DNA of 64,000 bases. Origin: Eledone cirrhosa (taxonomy: Eukaryota). The translations under genes were made by a program, and so were the position numbers. Positions within the stretch are counted from its first letter, which is position 1; each line of letters begins with the position of its first letter. The stretch covers positions 319,238,001 to 319,302,000 of the forward strand of contig OZ024742.1 in NCBI GenBank assembly GCA_964016885.1. The letters are read 5' to 3'. Below the pieces are notes generated by a model. The model saw nothing but the letters and a program-made list of their open reading frames with translations. It was not told the origin of the DNA and did not search any database. This document shows positions 1 to 64,000 of the stretch, piece after piece.

Positions 1-924
1 GATTTCATTCTAGGTAGGGACATGGCTATGTGGTTAAAAAGATTGCTTCCCGACTGTGTAGTTCTGGGTTCAGTCCCACTACATGGTACCTTGGGCAAGT
101 GTTGTCTATGGTGTTGAGTTCTTGTGAGTGGAATTTACTGCTGTGTGTTTAAGTCTGTTTTGTTTCCTCTTGTCTTTAAAATGTTTGTTGCATGACTTTG
201 TTCTGTAACTTAGTGGTTCAATAAATAAAGATCAATAAAATAATCATCAAACTAGCCGTTGTGATTGACTAAGGCCATTAAGGCATGTCCACAGTCCAAT
301 GAGGGAAACCACTAAAAGAATTCTGTTATAAATATATGGGTATGATGAACTCACATGAGGTTGTGGGTTTCATTTGAGGGCCAAGTTGGATGGTGTGTCC
401 TTGAGCATGACACTTCATTTCACATTGCTCCGGCCCCCTCAGCTGAAAGCAAATGAATGCCAGTCCCACCCAGTGTAGCGTCTAGCACTCCCAGTTGCTT
501 AAAGCCAGAGAAGCCAAGATAAGCTCTAGCCTGTTGGGCCTCAAAGCTTTAAACAGACTTGAACTTTTGATACTGAGCCACCCAAAGCTGCCTCTGTTTT
601 TATGAAACACATCCACCCATTTTAAAGACTTCCTACTTTCAAATTTTGTTATATTTCCAATGAAATACGCTGTTTACAAATTTCAATTATTATTTTACCT
701 TCCAGTGTAATTTTATATAACATTTTGTCATGTTACAAATACCAACTTAATGAAACTATTATTTTAGTAAATGCTTACCAAATTCCTCATTAATTAAAAT
801 ACAAAGTATTTCATTAGAAATATTGTAACAAAAAGTTTAAAAATGATTGCATATAAAAACATTTGTGTATAACTGGTTGATGTGTTGGGTTTTCTCTATA
901 TCTTCCCTTGTTCCACATTGCTAG

Positions 925-62912
<61,988 letters not shown>

Positions 62913-63059
62913 GTTAATACCCCATCTTCTACTTCTTCAGTTTCTCTTTTTTCATGTTGTATTTTTCATGGCCCGTCTAGTCAAGACAAAGTAATGATTG
63001 AAGAGATTAGTGTGGTTAATGTTAAGTTTGATTTGGAGGCACTCTGTCAGTTACAATGA

Positions 63060-63352
63060 CGAGTGTTCTGAACAACGGAACAGCCTGCTTATGAAATTAA
63101 CGTGAACGTGGCTGAGCATTCCACAGACACATGTACCCTTTACGTAGTTCTCAGGGAGATTCAGTGTGACACAGTGTGTGACAAGGCTGGTCCTTTGAAT
63201 TACAGGTATAACTCATTTTTGCCAGCTGAGAGGACTGGAGCAAAGTGAAATAAAGTGTCTTGCTCAAGGAGACAACGCGCTGCCGGCAATCAAACTCACG
63301 ACCTTACGATTGTGAGCTGAATACCCTAACCACAAAGACACGATCCTTCACT
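63060..63352 (-). mobile_element. tRNA-derived CORE-like SINE family 3
   Basis: Minus strand gtggttagggt..gagtttgattgcc..ccttgagcaagacactt; homolog at 22700-22925. Confidence 0.75.
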
Positions 63353-63585
63353 AAGTTTGAATTATTGCAGATTAATTGTTGGAAAAAAACATAGGTGAGA
63401 ATAGAATAAGTTGTTTACAGCAGCTGAGGTACCAAATTATCATCCATTTAAATACTGGCAAAGCTGCACATTGCTTAAATTTGTTTATTGAACCAAAATC
63501 AATGTCCTCAATGTAACATGCTGTACAATATATGTAACATCATACATAAGTATTAATCCACACACATTATTAGCTATTTGAAAAG

Positions 63586-64000
63586 ATGATGGATTTCGCA
63601 ACTGACTGCACCAGGGTTCCTGTTCCTCAGGGAACCACACTATATGGTATACCTGTTGATATAGGTCCAGCCCCTGCTTTCTCGGGTCCTGTTTCTGATC
63701 ATAATGCACCTACAAAGGCATCGAATGATGATGAATCCTCAAATCTCAAGGGACGGGGTTCATCTGATGGAGAAGAAACAGGTCCTAACCAAACAACAAG
63801 CAAATCTCGCCTGGCTAGCTGTAAAAAGCAAATAATAGTTAGCTCCTTGAACACCAGAACCCTCCTTCCAACAGGTAGACTCCAGGAGCTGGCAGAGAAT
63901 GCCAAACTTCAGAACATTGACATCCTTGCAGTCCAAGAACACCGCTTTTTCCACCCAAAGGATGATCTCAAGTATCACACCCTAGGATCCTACCAACTTG
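63586..64000 (+). mobile_element. 5' end of a LINE (RTE/RTEX-like): open ORF entering an APE endonuclease domain and running off the window
   Basis: ATG at 63586, open to the end: ...IIVSSLNTRTLL...NIDILAVQEHRF (APE motifs I and II). Confidence 0.85.

Overview
AT-rich animal genomic DNA, not prokaryotic. The repeat landscape resembles an octopod cephalopod, which is an inference. The whole window lies inside one + strand gene encoding nucleoprotein TPR (Mlp1/Megator family, nuclear basket). I reconstructed 40 internal GT-AG exons (925-62912) whose splice phases chain into one open frame of about 1737 aa; the start and stop codons lie outside the window. The introns are packed with transposons. 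These include an 8.6-kb composite Helitron with a frameshifted RepHel gene, inserted 7 nt after a splice donor and carrying a nested young RTE LINE. There are also two decayed RTE copies, a CR1 fragment nested in a piggyBac remnant, the 5' part of a PHD-ORF1 LINE, CRE-like fragments, 13 copies of a TTAA MITE, hAT and Tc1/mariner MITEs, tRNA-derived SINEs, a 60/120-bp minisatellite, and the 5' end of another LINE at the right edge. The most interesting observations are: (1) a C4HC3 PHD finger embedded inside the RTE reverse transcriptase; (2) an intronic region with crossing inverted repeats enclosing a two-hairpin H/ACA-like fold just before the acidic TPR exon; (3) exon-proximal and inverted MITE copies bracketing frame-preserving exon blocks; (4) a Helitron with two 5' ends and one 3' end; (5) coiled-coil micro-exons of heptad or hendecad length. 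All calls come from manual reading; no database searches were run.
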